A DNA stretch of 64,000 nucleotides from Squalus acanthias. Lineage: Eukaryota. Of this stretch, positions 62,979 through 64,000 are shown one piece after another. Each line of letters begins with the position of its first letter. Position 1 is the first letter of the stretch. Made by a program: the position numbers and the translations under genes. Location: NCBI GenBank assembly GCA_030390025.1, contig CM059433.1, forward strand, positions 10,232,001 to 10,296,000, written 5' to 3'. Under the pieces are notes generated by a model. The model saw only the letters and a program-made list of their open reading frames with translations, did no database searches and was not told the origin of the DNA.

Positions 62979-63462
62979 ATGCTCACCAAGGTCTACAGAC
63001 CAAGAAGGTCTTACTTAGACTTTTCTGACCATCAGTACCTCAGGAGGTTGCGCTTTCCCGCAGAGGCTGTTGGGGAAATATGTCAATTCCTGGTTGAACA
63101 CCTGCAGCCTACTTTTAGCAGGAGAACAGCATTTTCTGTACCAGTCAAGGTCACCTCTGCCCTGAATTTCTTTGCATCTGGATCTTTCCAGGCAGCATCA
63201 GCTGCCCTTTGCCACATTAGTTAGGTAACTGCCACCATTAAAGCCAGAAAGACACAGATGCTCTACTCAGGAGGGCTGTGCAATTCATATCCTTCCCAGT
63301 GAAACAAGACAAACAAATAAAAAGGGAGCTATCCAGTTCTACAGACTGGCAGGGTTCCCACAGGTGTGTAAGGAGAAATTGACAGAAAACATGTAGCACT
63401 CAACGCCCCATATGCCAAGCCTATCAATCTTATGAACAGGAAAGGCATTAATTCTATCAATG
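62979..63462 (+). pseudogene. Degenerate Harbinger transposase fragment
   Basis: Reads VYRPRRSYLDFSD...LRRLRF....V.EICQ....LQP...RRTA..VPVKVTSALNFFASGSFQ. After stops and frameshifts it continues LAGFPQV*GEID..HVAL.AP......NRKG..SIN. An L2 truncates it. Confidence 0.85.
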
Positions 63463-63465
63463 TTC

Positions 63466-63857
63466 CATTTTAAAATTCTCACCCTTGTTTTCAAATCCCT
63501 CCATGGCCTCGCCCCTCCCTATCTCTGTAATCTCCTCCAGCCCCACAACCCCCCCGAGATATCTGCGCTCCGTCAATTCTAGCCTGTTGGGCATCCCCAA
63601 TTTGAATTGCTCTGTCATTGCCGGCCTAAGCTCTGGAATTCCCTCCCTGAACTTCTCCACCTCTCTACCTTTCTTTCTTCCTTTAAGACACTCCTTAAAA
63701 CCTACCTCTTTTCTGCCCTAATATCTCCTTACGTAGCTCGGTGTCAAATTTTGTTTGGTAACGTTTCGGTAAAGCGCCTTGGGACATTTTACTACGTTGA
63801 CCAAATTTTTGTTCACCTGTCCTAATTTCTCCTTATGTGGCTCGGTGTCAAATTTAT
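63466..63857 (+). mobile_element. L2 3' fragment
   Basis: Reads FKILTLVFKSLHGLAP.YL, with a partly duplicated tail. Confidence 0.85.
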
Positions 63858-63858
63858 T

Positions 63859-64000
63859 GGGCTTGATTTTGCCAGGCCCGAGGAGGCGGGATTGGAGGCG
63901 TGTGGGGTATTAAAATTGCAAAAAATGGCGGGCGGGCCTGACCCCGCCTCCATCCCACCTCCGAGCAATTTTCCCAAATGCGTGGTTTCTGATCCATCTC
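63859..64000. mobile_element. Left end of a Harbinger-type MITE running off the window
   Basis: GGGCTTGATTTTGCCAGGCCCGAGGAGGCGGG.TTGGAGGCG, as at 16127. Confidence 0.7.

Overview
This is repeat-dense vertebrate DNA, most likely from a shark. That assignment is an inference from the SacSINE1/Deu-domain-type tRNA SINEs and the CR1, L2, RTE and Penelope remnants. I found no convincing host-gene exons. Two full-length DNA transposons with open reading frames stand out. (1) A 4.17-kb PIF/Harbinger element (2374-6541) has short TIRs, an ATG TSD, a DDE transposase and a convergent three-exon Myb/SANT gene. (2) A 2.6-kb pogo/Tigger element (43261-45860) has TIRs and a TA TSD and is nested in a CR1 LINE. 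Its 588-aa DD32D transposase closely resembles the mammalian domesticated gene JRK (Jerky), compared from memory, so it is a candidate mobile 'proto-JRK'. The window also holds Penelope-derived hairpins with minimal hammerhead-ribozyme motifs, a LINE whose 5' end is a tRNA-SINE head, several Harbinger-type MITEs, nested insertions with readable TSDs, and a 41-bp minisatellite. Boundaries of degraded repeats are approximate.
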